A DNA stretch of 53,712 bases from Christensenellales bacterium (GCA_050309705.1 JBNRMR010000022.1:1-53712); one strand, 5' to 3'; shown: positions 1 through 10,440, numbered from the stretch's first letter. Made by a program: numbers and translations. The notes: generated by a model not told the origin, from the sequence alone.

Positions 1-1
1 A

Positions 2-1048
2 CCCGCCTCTCCTCCGCCCCCTCCGCATGTGAGCGGTGGCCCTACGCCCATTCAGGCGCAAAGCCAGGTTCCTCCGCGCCCTGTGACCCATGGCCCGGTG
101 CAGCCCAAGCCAGCTATCCCCAGCGCCCACAGCGCCAAAAGGGAGGACGCATCAAAGCTCGACGGCCCTGAGAAGATGATCTCCTCATCGGGCTATATTG
201 CTATGCTTGTTATCGGGGCTTTGATGGCAGCAGCAGGCTTTCTACTCATCACCATTGCCGGGCTGGCATATATAACCGGAGCATGGTACACATCTTTGCG
301 CCATTTGCTTCCCTACTTCGTGGTCTTCCTTGCGGTGCTTTGCATTCCCGGCATCATACTAATGATCTGGGGCGGAAAGCTCAGGGCTTCTTCCCTTCGC
401 TACAGAAGATATCTTTCCATCATTGGCGCAAACAAGGTGGTTTCAATCGACCAGTTGGCATACCTGCTTTCCACCAACTACAAAACCGCCTGCAATGATC
501 TGCAGATAATGATGGACAAGGGCTACATCAAGGGCGCGTTTATCGATTGGGATGAGCGGGAGTTGGTCTTCGGCAATCCCTTTGAGCTGAAGCGCAAGCC
601 AAAGACGGTGATCAAGCCCGAGGGTGAGCTTTCCCCTGCGGATGAGATAAAGCGCATAAACAGCCAGATAACCGACAAGGATATTTCCGCCAAGCTGGAC
701 AGAATGGAGGAAATTACCCGCCGCATATTCGAATATATCGACGCAAGGCCCGACCAGATTGGCAGAATAAAGAACTTTACCGGCTATTACCTTCCCATGA
801 CTATGAAGATTTTAAACGCTTATGTGCGCTTTGAAAAGCAGAACGTGTCCGGAGAAAACATCCAAAACACAATGCGCGACATCGAAGAAATTCTCGACAC
901 CCTTGTGAAGGGCTTTGAAAACCAGCTAGACAGCCTTTTCATGGACGAGGCTTTGGACGTCTCGTCGGACATATCGGTGCTGGAGAGCATGCTCACAAAG
1001 GAGGGGCTCACCGGCAGCGGCTTCGACCTTCGCAATCTCTCCAACTGA
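2..1048 (+). CDS. XpaC-like (5-bromo-4-chloroindolyl phosphate hydrolysis family) membrane protein, 5' end probably outside the window
   Basis: The frame is open from nt 2 (PASPPPPPH) with no stop before the GTG at 29. It has a Pro-rich N-terminus, two TM helices, and a C-terminal helical domain with the YYLPMTMKILNAYVRFEKQ motif typical of the XpaC/TelA-like family. Confidence 0.55.
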   Translation, partial: PASPPPPPHVSGGPTPIQAQSQVPPRPVTHGPVQPKPAIPSAHSAKREDASKLDGPEKMISSSGYIAMLVIGALMAAAGFLLITIAGLAYITGAWYTSLRHLLPYFVVFLAVLCIPGIILMIWGGKLRASSLRYRRYLSIIGANKVVSIDQLAYLLSTNYKTACNDLQIMMDKGYIKGAFIDWDERELVFGNPFELKRKPKTVIKPEGELSPADEIKRINSQITDKDISAKLDRMEEITRRIFEYIDARPDQIGRIKNFTGYYLPMTMKILNAYVRFEKQNVSGENIQNTMRDIEEILDTLVKGFENQLDSLFMDEALDVSSDISVLESMLTKEGLTGSGFDLRNLSN

Positions 1049-1059
1049 TCTAAAACAAC

Positions 1060-1095
1060 AAAAGCTCCCTTGAAAGAGGGGGCTTTTGCTTTGCC
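1060..1095 (+). terminator. Rho-independent terminator after the XpaC-like gene
   Basis: Hairpin aaaagctccct/agggggctttt followed by a T-rich tract. Confidence 0.6.
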
Positions 1096-1126
1096 CTGGG
1101 TGCGTTAAAGAAATATCAATGCGCTG

Positions 1127-1156
1127 TTGCGTCAAAGCCGCCAAAAGTGGTATACT
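1127..1156 (+). promoter_or_regulatory. Sigma-A-like promoter for pgk-tpiA-gpmI
   Basis: TTGCGT (1127-1132), 18-nt spacer, TGgTATACT extended -10 (TATACT at 1151-1156). Confidence 0.4.
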
Positions 1157-1232
1157 ATGGGTATGGAAATTCTGCGCGAAAAAGCTTTTTAGGAGGATGA
1201 CGCGCAAATAAAATTTATATATGAGGTGCCTT

Positions 1233-2411
1233 ATGAACAAAAAAACCGTGAAGGATGTCGACGTTTCCGGCAAGAAGGTTCTTGTCCGTTGCGACTTTAA
1301 CGTGCCCCTTGCGGACGGCAAAATCACCGATGAAAACCGCATTACTGGCGCAATGCCCACCATCGAATATCTGGTGGAAAAAGGCGCGAAGGTCATCCTC
1401 TGCTCCCACATGGGAAGGCCCAAGGGCGAGTTTAACATGAAGTACACATTGGCGCCCGTGGCAAATAGGCTGGGCGAGCTGCTGGGCAAGGAAGTGAAGC
1501 TGGCAAAGGACGTCATCGGCGATGACGCGAAGGCCCTTGCCGCCGCCATGGAAAACGGCGATGTCATTCTGCTTGAAAACGTCCGCTTCCACAAGGAAGA
1601 GGAAAAGAACGACGCCGAGTTCGCGAAGGCCCTTGCAAGCTTTGCCGAAGTCTATGTGAACGACGCTTTCGGAACCGCCCACAGGGCCCATGCATCCACC
1701 GCAGGCGTGGCGGATTACCTGCCCGCCGTGGCCGGATTTCTGATTGGCAAGGAACTGGACATAATGGGCAAGGCTCTCAGTGATCCTGCCCGCCCCTTCG
1801 TGGCCATTCTTGGCGGCGCAAAGGTTTCGGACAAGATCGGCGTTATAAACAATCTGCTTGAAAAGGTGGACGCGCTGATAATTGGCGGGGCAATGGCCTA
1901 CACATTCATGGCGGCAAACGGAATTGACACGGGCAAATCTTTGGTGGAAGCGGACAAGATTGAGCTGGCCAAGGAACTGCTGGCCAAGGCCGACAAAAAG
2001 GGCGTTAACCTGATGATCCCCATCGACAATGTGGTGGCGGACTCTTTCTCCAATGACGCAAACTTCAAGACAGTGGGCTATGACTTCCCCGAAGGCTGGA
2101 TGGGCTTGGACATCGGCCCCAAGTCAATCGAGCTTTTCAGCGATGTCATAAAGGGCGCCAAGACAGTCATTTGGAACGGACCAATGGGCGTTTCCGAGAT
2201 GTCAAATTTCGCCGTGGGAACTGAAGCCGTTGCCAAGGCCTTAGCGGAAAGCGGCGCGGTCACAATCATCGGCGGCGGCGACAGCGCGGCTGCAGTGGAG
2301 CAACTGGGCTATGCTTCCAAAATGACGCATATCTCCACGGGCGGCGGCGCTTCGCTTGAATTCCTGGAGGGCCTTGTGCTGCCGGGAATCGACTGCCTGG
2401 ACGATAAATGA
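1233..2411 (+). CDS. pgk: Phosphoglycerate kinase
   Basis: [25 protein letters not shown] and full-length Pgk-like sequence. The ATG at 1233 is preferred because GAGGTG lies upstream. The track ORF starts at 1221. Confidence 0.95.
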   Translation: MNKKTVKDVDVSGKKVLVRCDFNVPLADGKITDENRITGAMPTIEYLVEKGAKVILCSHMGRPKGEFNMKYTLAPVANRLGELLGKEVKLAKDVIGDDAKALAAAMENGDVILLENVRFHKEEEKNDAEFAKALASFAEVYVNDAFGTAHRAHASTAGVADYLPAVAGFLIGKELDIMGKALSDPARPFVAILGGAKVSDKIGVINNLLEKVDALIIGGAMAYTFMAANGIDTGKSLVEADKIELAKELLAKADKKGVNLMIPIDNVVADSFSNDANFKTVGYDFPEGWMGLDIGPKSIELFSDVIKGAKTVIWNGPMGVSEMSNFAVGTEAVAKALAESGAVTIIGGGDSAAAVEQLGYASKMTHISTGGGASLEFLEGLVLPGIDCLDDK

Positions 2412-2527
2412 TTTAGCAAAAGATTGTAGCCCCTTCGTTTAAGCGCGAGGGGGCTTCACAAAATTTTATTTTTGCTTCGATTAAAACGGAAAGTTAAAGA
2501 GAAAACAAAAGAACAAGGAGACAAAAG

Positions 2528-3289
2528 ATGCGTAGACCAATTATTGCCGGAAACTGGAAAATGAACATGACGCCCTCCCAGGGCGCAGCTTTGATAGAGG
2601 AGCTCAAGCCCCTTGTGAAGGACGCAAAATGCGACGTGGTCGTCTGCGTGCCATATGTGGACATCACCGCCGCAGCAAAGGCCCTTGCGGGCAGCAATAT
2701 CGGCCTTGGCGCTCAGAACCTCCACTTTGAAGCCAAGGGCGCCTACACAGGGGAAGTCAGCGCTGAGATGCTCAAGGAGTTGGGCGTTGAATATGTCATA
2801 ATAGGCCACAGCGAAAGGCGCGCCTACTTCGCCGAGACCGACGAAACCGTGAACAAGAAAGTCAAGGCTGCTCTTGCCGCGGGCTTCACGCCCATAGTCT
2901 GCATCGGCGAGAGCCTTGAGCAGCGGGAATCCGGCCAGATGGAACAAGTGGTTTCCACCCAGGCCAAGTCTGCCTTTGACGGTCTTTCAGCAGCCGACGC
3001 TGAAAAAGTGGTGGTTGCCTACGAGCCCATTTGGGCCATCGGCACAGGCAAGACCGCTTCCGACGAGCAGGCCAACGAAGCCATCGGCATCATCCGCCAA
3101 GTTCTGCGCAATCTCTTTGGCGAAACTGCAGACGCAATACGCATCCAATACGGCGGTAGCATGAACGCGGCCAATGCTGCAGGGCTCATGGCTCAGCCCC
3201 AGATTGACGGCGGCCTCATCGGCGGAGCTGCCCTTAAGGCGAAGGATTTCTCCGTCATCGTCGCCGCGGCTTCCGCCACCGTTAAATAA
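2528..3289 (+). CDS. tpiA: Triosephosphate isomerase
   Basis: [19 protein letters not shown] and [11 protein letters not shown] motifs. RBS AAGGAG upstream. Confidence 0.95.
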   Translation: MRRPIIAGNWKMNMTPSQGAALIEELKPLVKDAKCDVVVCVPYVDITAAAKALAGSNIGLGAQNLHFEAKGAYTGEVSAEMLKELGVEYVIIGHSERRAYFAETDETVNKKVKAALAAGFTPIVCIGESLEQRESGQMEQVVSTQAKSAFDGLSAADAEKVVVAYEPIWAIGTGKTASDEQANEAIGIIRQVLRNLFGETADAIRIQYGGSMNAANAAGLMAQPQIDGGLIGGAALKAKDFSVIVAAASATVK

Positions 3290-3298
3290 GGAGCTTAA

Positions 3299-4837
3299 AT
3301 GAAAGATATGAAAAAGCTTACGGCATTGATAATAATGGACGGCTTTGGCCTGAACCCAGCAGGCGAAGGCAACGCCGTTCGCATCAGCGGCACGCCTAAT
3401 ATAAAAAGGCTTATGGAAAAATACCCCACCACGCAGCTTGGCGCTTCGGGGATGGACGTGGGCCTTCCCGACGGTCAGATGGGCAACTCCGAGGTGGGAC
3501 ACACAAATATCGGTGCAGGTCGGGTGGTCTATCAGGAATTGACCAGGATAACCAAATCCATAATGGATGGCGATTTTTATGAAAACGATAAGTTTCTGGC
3601 TGCGGCTGCCCACTGCAAAAAGAACGATTCCGCCCTCCACCTGATCGGCCTGGTTTCAGACGGCGGCGTTCACAGCCACAACACCCATCTTTACGCCTTT
3701 TTGGAGCTTGCGAAAAGGCAGGGCCTTAAAAAGGTCTACATCCACTGCCTGATGGACGGCAGGGACGTTCCCCCGGACTCCGGCAAGGGCTTCATCCAGG
3801 AGCTTTGCGAAAAGATTGACGAGATCGGCGTGGGCGAGATAGCCACAATCATGGGCCGCTACTACGGAATGGATCGCGAGCGCCGCTGGGATCGGGTGGA
3901 GAAAGCATATGCCGCGCTTGCATACGGCGAGGGCGTCAAGAACCCGGACCCGGTTTCCGTCATGTCAAACTCATACTTAAACGGCGCGACGGACGAGTTC
4001 GTACTTCCCTCGGTAGTAAGCGAAAGCGGCGCCATCAAGACCGGCGACAGTGTGATTTTCTTCAACTTCCGCCCCGACAGAGCCAGGCAGATCACCAGGG
4101 CCTTCGTGGACGACGAGTTCGACGGCTTTGCCCGCAAAACTCGCCCGGAAAATCTTTATTATGTCTGCATGACACAGTATGACGCCCAGATGCCCAATGT
4201 TCAGGTGGCCTACAAGCCCCAATCTTTGGACAATGTCTTTGGCCAGATAATCTCCGAAATGGGGATGAAGCAGCTTCGGATCGCCGAATATACCAAGTAC
4301 GCCCATGTGACATTCTTCTTCAACGGCGGCGTGGAGACAGTCTACCCCGGCGAGGACAGAGTTCTGATAGACTCTCCCGACGTGGCCACATATGATCTCA
4401 AGCCCGAGATGAGCGCATATGAGGTCACCGACGAGGTCATAAGGCGCATAAACAGCGGCGAGTACGATGTGATAATATTGAACTTCGCCAACTGCGACAT
4501 GGTGGGCCACTCCGGCGTGCTGGACGCGGCTGTTGCGGCCGTCAACGCCGTGGACGAATGCGTGGGCAAAGTGGTCGAAGCAATTTTGGCAAATGACGGA
4601 CGCGCGCTAATCACGGCCGATCACGGCAACGCCGATCAGATGATTGACCCCGTCAGCAAGGAGCCCTTCACAGCCCACAGCACCTTCCCCGTGCCGCTCA
4701 TCCTGGCGGACGATGAGAACATTAACGCGCAGTTGAAATCCGGCGGCAGGCTGGCGGACCTTTGCCCCACAATGCTGGACCTGATGGGCATCAAAAAGCC
4801 TGCGGAGATGACCGGCGTTTCGCTGATAGAAAAGTAG
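3299..4837 (+). CDS. gpmI: 2,3-bisphosphoglycerate-independent phosphoglycerate mutase
   Basis: LIIMDGFG, GNSEVGH, SDGGVHSH and NFANCDMVGHSG motifs. 512 aa. Confidence 0.95.
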   Translation: MKDMKKLTALIIMDGFGLNPAGEGNAVRISGTPNIKRLMEKYPTTQLGASGMDVGLPDGQMGNSEVGHTNIGAGRVVYQELTRITKSIMDGDFYENDKFLAAAAHCKKNDSALHLIGLVSDGGVHSHNTHLYAFLELAKRQGLKKVYIHCLMDGRDVPPDSGKGFIQELCEKIDEIGVGEIATIMGRYYGMDRERRWDRVEKAYAALAYGEGVKNPDPVSVMSNSYLNGATDEFVLPSVVSESGAIKTGDSVIFFNFRPDRARQITRAFVDDEFDGFARKTRPENLYYVCMTQYDAQMPNVQVAYKPQSLDNVFGQIISEMGMKQLRIAEYTKYAHVTFFFNGGVETVYPGEDRVLIDSPDVATYDLKPEMSAYEVTDEVIRRINSGEYDVIILNFANCDMVGHSGVLDAAVAAVNAVDECVGKVVEAILANDGRALITADHGNADQMIDPVSKEPFTAHSTFPVPLILADDENINAQLKSGGRLADLCPTMLDLMGIKKPAEMTGVSLIEK

Positions 4838-4891
4838 TTTTTGCATAAAAGCCTCTTGGCCCATTTTTAGCGAAACAGCATTTAACAAAAG

Positions 4892-4916
4892 TGGCATAGC
4901 TTGAAAAGCTATGCCA
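4892..4916. terminator. Bidirectional hairpin terminator between gpmI and the convergent AraC pseudogene
   Basis: tggcatagct-tgaaa-agctatgcca perfect stem, with A-rich sequence before and T-rich sequence after. Confidence 0.6.
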
Positions 4917-5018
4917 TTTCTTCATGTCACCGGGTATTCAGCCTTTTTAATTGACGGCATGTCAAATTTAAAAATAGCAAGCAGGCTACCGGTCAGAGGG
5001 TCGCCCAAACTCGCGGCC

Positions 5019-6944
5019 TTATTCCGCCTGCAGCTTTCTCACATTTCTGCGATACTGGCTGGGAGAAATCCCCTCGTATTGGCGGAAGGTGCGCGAGAAG
5101 CTGTTGACATTGGAGAAACCCGCTGCCGTGGCGATGTTTTGCACCTCCTCATCGGTAAACAGCAGCTCGTTCTTTGCGTACCGGATGCGCTCGCGTGTGA
5201 GATATTCAACGAAATTCAGTCCCATGTTTTTCTTAAAATAGCGGCTGAAGTAGCTGGGGGTATAGTCAAATTCCGAAGCAATCATATCCAGAGAAACGTC
5301 CCTGTCCAGATTATGAACAATGTATTTTTTGATACGATAAAGATTCTCCTGGTCTCGAAATCTGGTATTTATGCAATTGGCAATATCCTCACAAAGCTTA
5401 TAAAGAGCATCCAGATACATTCTGCAATCAATACTCTCTTTCCTTTTAATCATGAAACGTACGATTCTATGCCGAATTGCATCGGGGGGATCGTTCAGCC
5501 GATGAACCGCGCGCTGCACTGTGAGGGCAAACTCTCCGCAAAGTGTCTGCATGAGGACAATAAGGGTCAAATCGCCGGAATTCTCCCGGTAGACTGTTTC
5601 CATCAGCGCAATGGCATCGCGGCTATTGCCTGTGAGCAACAGATTAATTATCTGATTTTCACGCTCCACGGGATAGTGGATGGTGGAACCAGACGCCTTC
5701 AGATCCCCGAAATATACCACGCTTATGCCCGCGCCGGTCTTTCTGTAGTCTAGCATTTCATGGGCTTGCAAGTAGGATTGGCTAATGTTGTGAATGGCTG
5801 TGACCCAACCGCCGACGCCTACTCCCATGCGGATGCACTCATCCTCGCCCGCCATTCCCTCCAGCAGGCACAGCAACTCCTTCAGTTCCTCTTTGTTTCT
5901 CACAATCATGCACACCATGTTTGAATTAATCTGGATAAACAGGATTTGCCGGTCGAAGGCAGCACGCCAAATGCAGTCGATGATGTTGGTTTTAATAAAA
6001 TACCGATTTTCCTTTTCCTGCAATAAATCAATCTGAACACAAAGCACAGCGCATTGGTCGCTGCTCAGCCAATATTGACGAAATTGCTCGTCCAGCTCCT
6101 CATCGTTTATTCCCATGAGCAGGCTGTAAATCATATACTCATGAATGATGGCGCGGTTCCCTTCCATTTGCCTTTTAAGCACCAGGTTTTCATCCGACAG
6201 GGAATGCAAAACATCCCGTATGTAGTCAAACTCCCCCTCCAATATACTGACCGCTTGCCGGGAAGGAATATCCCGCACCAGCTTTGCAATAGGGCGGTAC
6301 ATGTAGCGGCTGACCAACACCGAAGCCAGGGAGCCCAAAGCAAACAAAAGCATCAACATAATGACAAGGCTATTATTAAGTTCCCGGATGCTTGCGGTGA
6401 CATGGACAAGCGGAGCCGCCGATATCAAGCGCAGGCCCGATTTGCCGCTTTGCTGAACATATAGAAAGGAATCGTCTTCTATGGACAAGGTGCCCGAAGA
6501 GCCGCTTGCATTTTCCAGCAACTCCGAAAGACCCTCCTGCTAAAACATACCGTGATAGCAGAGCAGCTTTCCCTGCCGGTCCAGCAGCAGTATATGACTA
6601 TCAGGATAGGCGCTGGCATCCTTTATCACATTCTTAAGAGCGTCCTTATCAATTCTCACTATGCTCTGAACCAGTGGGACCTTCGTATTAACGCCGTGCA
6701 CCGTTACAGTGTTGAACCAAAGGAGCTCAGATTCCTGAGCATTATCCCCGACGGGCATAAATTCATGCTGGTAATGCCGGGCGAGCAGATCATTCATATC
6801 TGCGATTCCATAATCCCGGGCAAACTTGTCCATGTCCGTAACTCCATGATAGTACATCTTATTTAGATTGCGAAAATAAATATCCACCTTATCGGACAGA
6901 GTTTTAGTCAGGGAGATGTTAGAAATCCGAGCGGTGAGGCGCAT
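5019..6944 (-). pseudogene. AraC-family regulator with a membrane/sensor N-domain, interrupted by an in-frame TAG and truncated at the 5' end
   Basis: ORFs 6540..6944 and 5019..6521 are in the same frame. They are separated only by TAG (6540-6542) plus 6 sense codons (QEGLSE). The C-terminus has an AraC HTH (FSNVNSFSRTFRQYEGISPSQYR). The architecture is paralogous to the 749-aa gene at 33785..36034, but the first TM region is missing. Confidence 0.7.
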
Positions 6945-7184
6945 TAGATTTATACAACTTTTGCTTATTATTCGGAATTTTACATAAGGAAATATACGGT
7001 TTTTGCCTCACTTATCAATATTCTACGCATATTGCATTATCACTTGACAGCCGCGCATCAACACAATATGTTAAATATATTCAGGAAATATGCACACAAC
7101 AAAGCGCATGAAAATAATTGCATGCGGGGGCGGACGGCTGGGCCGGGAATAAACGCACAGGCAATAAAATGGAGGGATCAAACA

Positions 7185-7736
7185 ATGGGCAAAACCAATG
7201 TTTCCATTCAAGACGGTCGCTTTTATTTCAATGGAACGGTGTTAAACAAGGGCAAGTATTGGGAAGGGCACTGCATGGAAGGCCTGCTGATGAACGCCCG
7301 AATGGCAAACGCTATATTCGACGACCTGAACCCCGAAACCGTAAGTCTATTTCGCTATCCCGACACCGGTTTTTGGGATCCTGACCGGAACACTAAACTC
7401 GTCCTGGAGGCCATGCCGCAGTGGCGGAAAAAGGGACTGACAGCCATCGCCATCAACATGCAGGGTGGTCAGCCCGGCGGCTTTGACAACTGGTATCAGA
7501 AGTTCCACAAACGGGGATATCAACCCGACGGCAGCCTGCATCCCGACTACATGAGGCGGCTGGCCCTTGTGCTGGACCAAGCGGATGCTCTGGGTATGGC
7601 GGTAATTTTAGGCCTGTTCTATTGGGGACAGGATCATACCCTTGCCAATCAACTCCACCTTCAGGGTATCCGCGCCCGCCCCTATTATCGTTACCGGTTT
7701 CGCGCCCAAGGTTTCCACTGCGCGCTTTACAATTGA
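7185..7736 (+). pseudogene. 3'-truncated fragment of a clan GH-A-like (TIM-barrel) glycoside hydrolase paralog
   Basis: GGAGGG RBS 8 nt before the ATG at 7185. Residues up to FYWGQD (about nt 7635) align with the downstream gene (SLFRYPDT..WDPDRNT..NMQGGQPGGF.NWYQ..). Similarity then stops and a short unrelated tail runs to the stop at 7736. Confidence 0.6.
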
Positions 7737-8748
7737 AACCGATATGGAATTTGCCTCCATCCATCTGGCCAGCACAGATGGGGCGCCGCTGGAGGAAACG
7801 GATAAAATCCTGATCGTGGCGTGCAGCCGCGTGGCCAACACAGGCATGGTCTGCAAGAGCTACGTCTGCTCTTTGGGAGACCAGCTTGACGACCTAAATC
7901 TAACCACGCAGAGTCTTTTCCGCTATCCGGACACCAAAACCTGGGATCCCGACCGCAACACTGAGGAATTTATTGCAGCCATGCCCAAATGGTATGAAAA
8001 GGGACTGCGCTCCTTTACGTTAAACATGCAAGGTGGCCAGCCCGGGGGCTTTGAAAACTGGTATCAGCACTTTATCAACCGAGGCTACAATGAAGACGGA
8101 ACCCTGCATCCTGGCTATATGAAGCGGCTGAAAAGGATATTGGACAAAGCCGACGATATGGGCATGATAGTAATGCTGGGTTATTTCTACTGGGGACAGG
8201 ATCAGCACCTGAAAAGCAAGGAAAGTGTGCTGGCAGCCACCAGGAATCTTACGGAATGGCTGGTAGAGCAAAACTACACAAACGTGCTGGTAGAAGTCAG
8301 CAATGAATGTGATATAGCCACTACCTCCCATGAAATTCTCTATTATCGTCGAGTCCATGAGTTGGTTCGGCTGGTGCAGGAAGTTTCACAGGGTAAACTG
8401 CTGGCGTCCGCCAGCATGGTGGTGCATCCGACCCAGACCAACGCAATGCTGGACACCTGTGATTATGTGCTCTTCCACGGAAACGGCGTCAATGATCCCA
8501 TGGAAATCAGATCCATCGCTAAGGCCATCCGTGAAAATCCCCACTACAGAGGTACCCCTCTGGTGGTGAACGAAGATGATCACTTCGATTTTGAAAAGGA
8601 TGTCAATAATATGAAGGAGTGCGTTCGCCATAAGATTGGCTGGGGCTACTTCGACTGGCCTGGCTATCAGAAAGTGCCCAACAGCTGGGAAATTGATACC
8701 CCGCGCAAAAAGGCCTTTTTTGATCTGCTGCAGGAAATGGTGGGATAG
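7642..8748 (+). CDS. Clan GH-A-like glycoside hydrolase (GH5-like NEC motif), start uncertain (TTG 7642 or ATG 7744)
   Basis: LVEVSNECD resembles the GH-A acid/base NE motif. It is a paralog of the upstream fragment and keeps the C-terminal half that the fragment lacks. Confidence 0.6.
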   Translation: MPINSTFRVSAPAPIIVTGFAPKVSTARFTIETDMEFASIHLASTDGAPLEETDKILIVACSRVANTGMVCKSYVCSLGDQLDDLNLTTQSLFRYPDTKTWDPDRNTEEFIAAMPKWYEKGLRSFTLNMQGGQPGGFENWYQHFINRGYNEDGTLHPGYMKRLKRILDKADDMGMIVMLGYFYWGQDQHLKSKESVLAATRNLTEWLVEQNYTNVLVEVSNECDIATTSHEILYYRRVHELVRLVQEVSQGKLLASASMVVHPTQTNAMLDTCDYVLFHGNGVNDPMEIRSIAKAIRENPHYRGTPLVVNEDDHFDFEKDVNNMKECVRHKIGWGYFDWPGYQKVPNSWEIDTPRKKAFFDLLQEMVG

Positions 8749-8919
8749 GTCTGGGCGGATATATTGTAAACTAAAGCCTTCTCTATGAGACTTTGCTCCA
8801 ATATGCCCGATTATTAGGTATCTATGGCTCACAACGGGATGTCCATGCTGCGCGTGGACATCCCGCCGCCATCTTTGGGAGCATTCCTTATCCTGACAAT
8901 CTTGAGGTCACAACGCAGT

Positions 8920-8963
8920 GCGCTGCGCCCGCTAAAGGGTGGCCCCGCAGCGCTCCCCCGGAG
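8920..8963. repeat. GC-rich palindromic REP-like element, copy A
   Basis: gcgctgcg/cgcagcgc 8-bp stem around cccgctaaagggt. It shares the blocks gcgctgc, cccgctaaagggt and gctccccc(a/g)gag with the element at 10454-10580. Confidence 0.5.
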
Positions 8964-8971
8964 AAAAGTGG

Positions 8972-9547
8972 TCAGTTCAGCTCGTCCAAAGGCAAACTAT
9001 AGCTGGGTGCGAACTCGCGCATGAAGTCACCCACGGCCGGTATATCGATGGCCTGGATACTTTTAAGGGTGCTTTCAGCAGCCTTTTTGAACTCTTCATT
9101 GCCACTTTTCAGCTCTTCTATGCATTTGATATATGCACATATTCTGTCAGCCGCCTTCACGAACTTCCATTCAGGCTCATTCTTGCCTGACAAAATCAGC
9201 GACTCATACTCCGGCTTGATGTCGTTGGGCAGCATGTCGCAAATTTTTCTTTCGGCGATCCTCTCAATATTTGAGAAGGCCTCCTTTATTTCGGGGTTGA
9301 AATACTTGATGGGCGTGGCCAGATCACCGGTAATGACCTCCCCTGCCTCATGGAATATGGCAAGGGCGACGGCCCTTTCGGCGCTGAGAGAGCCCCCGTG
9401 ACGTATATTTTGCAGCGTCACCAGGCTGTGAGCAATCATCGCGCACTCACAAGTGTGTTCCATCACATTTTCGTTTCGCACATTGCGCATCAGGTTCCAG
9501 CGGGAAATATGCTTGAGCCTGGAAAGGTATGCAAAAAAATGTCGCAT
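8972..9547 (-). CDS. yfbR: HD-domain 5'-deoxynucleotidase (YfbR family)
   Basis: End-to-end resemblance to E. coli YfbR: FFAYLSRLKHISRWNLMRNVRNENVMEH, GDLATPIKYFNPEI, ADRICAYIKCIEEL. Confidence 0.9.
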   Translation of the reverse strand: MRHFFAYLSRLKHISRWNLMRNVRNENVMEHTCECAMIAHSLVTLQNIRHGGSLSAERAVALAIFHEAGEVITGDLATPIKYFNPEIKEAFSNIERIAERKICDMLPNDIKPEYESLILSGKNEPEWKFVKAADRICAYIKCIEELKSGNEEFKKAAESTLKSIQAIDIPAVGDFMREFAPSYSLPLDELN

Positions 9548-9572
9548 AGTTGTCTCCTTTGCTTAGGAAGTG

Positions 9573-9600
9573 TTGACAAAAAGAATGTAAATGCTATAAT
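9573..9600 (+). promoter_or_regulatory. Sigma-A-like promoter for the thiT leader
   Basis: TTGACA (9573-9578), 16-nt spacer, TGcTATAAT extended -10 (TATAAT at 9595-9600). Confidence 0.55.
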
Positions 9601-9607
9601 GGCCTTG

Positions 9608-9716
9608 ACCGTTAGGGGAGCATGGGTTATATTGCAGCTTGCGAAAAGACCTGTGCTGAGACTGGCAGACGCCATACCCTTAGAACCTGTGTAGGTAATC
9701 CTACCGAAGGGAAACG
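9608..9716 (+). promoter_or_regulatory. TPP (THI-box) riboswitch
   Basis: taggggagc ... gctgaga ... acccttagaacctgtgtaggtaatcctaccgaagggaa matches the conserved THI-box core. It lies upstream of a thiamine transporter gene. Confidence 0.9.
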
Positions 9717-9739
9717 GATTATGCGCTTGCATACTGTTT

Positions 9740-9780
9740 CCCGCGTCCTTTCAAAGGCGCGGGTTTTTGCTTTTCGTTTT
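9740..9780 (+). terminator. Riboswitch expression-platform terminator
   Basis: cccgcg-tcctttcaaagg-cgcggg followed by tttttgcttttcgtttt. Confidence 0.7.
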
Positions 9781-9876
9781 GCTGATATGGGCTACCTTCA
9801 AAGCGTCCTGCGCAACATCGCGAAGAGCATAGCGTCGGTCTTCTCTCCTTCCCGCGGAAGAGAAAGGAGCGATACC

Positions 9877-10440
9877 ATGCAACCAAAGAAAAGAACCATC
9901 ACCACCCAAACCCTCGTCGTCGGCGCGCTGTGCATTGCCATGGCCTTCGTGCTGTCCTATGTGCGGCTGTGGAAAATGCCCCAGGGCGGCTCCGTCACGC
10001 TGATGAGCATGCTGCCCATTTTCCTTTACGCCTATCTATACGGCCTGGGCCCCGGGCTTCTTGCCGGGCTTGTCTACAGCTTTTTGCAGTTCATACAGGA
10101 GCCCTATTTCGTCACTCCGCTGCAATTTTTGCTGGACTACACAATCGGCTTCACGGCCCTCGGCCTTGCTGGCGCGTTTTCCAAGAGCAAAATGAAGGAA
10201 ATCATAAAATTTCCTTTGGGCTGCGCAATCGCCGGCCTTGTAAGGACGCTGTCCAGCTTCCTTAGCGGAATCGTTTTTTACGGCGAATACGCCGCCCCGG
10301 GACAGCCTGTCTGGCTCTATTCGTTCCTCTATAACTTCCCATCCCTGGGCACAGACACGTTGATTGCCGTTGTTGGCGCCGTGCTAATAACCGCCATCGG
10401 CCTTGTAAGCCGGCTGAAATCCGTTTCCAACCGAGCATAG
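9877..10440 (+). CDS. thiT: Thiamine ECF-transporter S component (ThiT)
   Basis: 187-aa polytopic membrane protein starting at MQPKKRT, with RBS AAAGGAG upstream, controlled by the TPP riboswitch. The track ORF 9622.. over-extends across the riboswitch. Confidence 0.8.
   Translation: MQPKKRTITTQTLVVGALCIAMAFVLSYVRLWKMPQGGSVTLMSMLPIFLYAYLYGLGPGLLAGLVYSFLQFIQEPYFVTPLQFLLDYTIGFTALGLAGAFSKSKMKEIIKFPLGCAIAGLVRTLSSFLSGIVFYGEYAAPGQPVWLYSFLYNFPSLGTDTLIAVVGAVLITAIGLVSRLKSVSNRA

Noticed and set aside
6540-6542. The in-frame TAG in the AraC gene read as pyrrolysine or programmed read-through.
   Set aside because: No pyl genes or recoding signals are visible in the window, the gene also lacks its 5' end, and a regulator is an unlikely Pyl protein. 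A pseudogene or sequencing error is the simpler explanation.
7612-7736. Programmed frameshift joining ORF 7032..7736 to ORF 7642..8748.
   Set aside because: A fusion would repeat the same half TIM-barrel segment twice (SLFRYPDT...FYWGQD appears in both), which makes no structural sense. No slippery heptamer was noticed.
9622-9876. The track ORF 9622..10440 suggests an N-terminal extension of 85 aa on ThiT.
   Set aside because: This stretch is the TPP riboswitch plus its terminator. The real start is the ATG at 9877, with an AAAGGAG RBS, immediately followed by the first TM helix.
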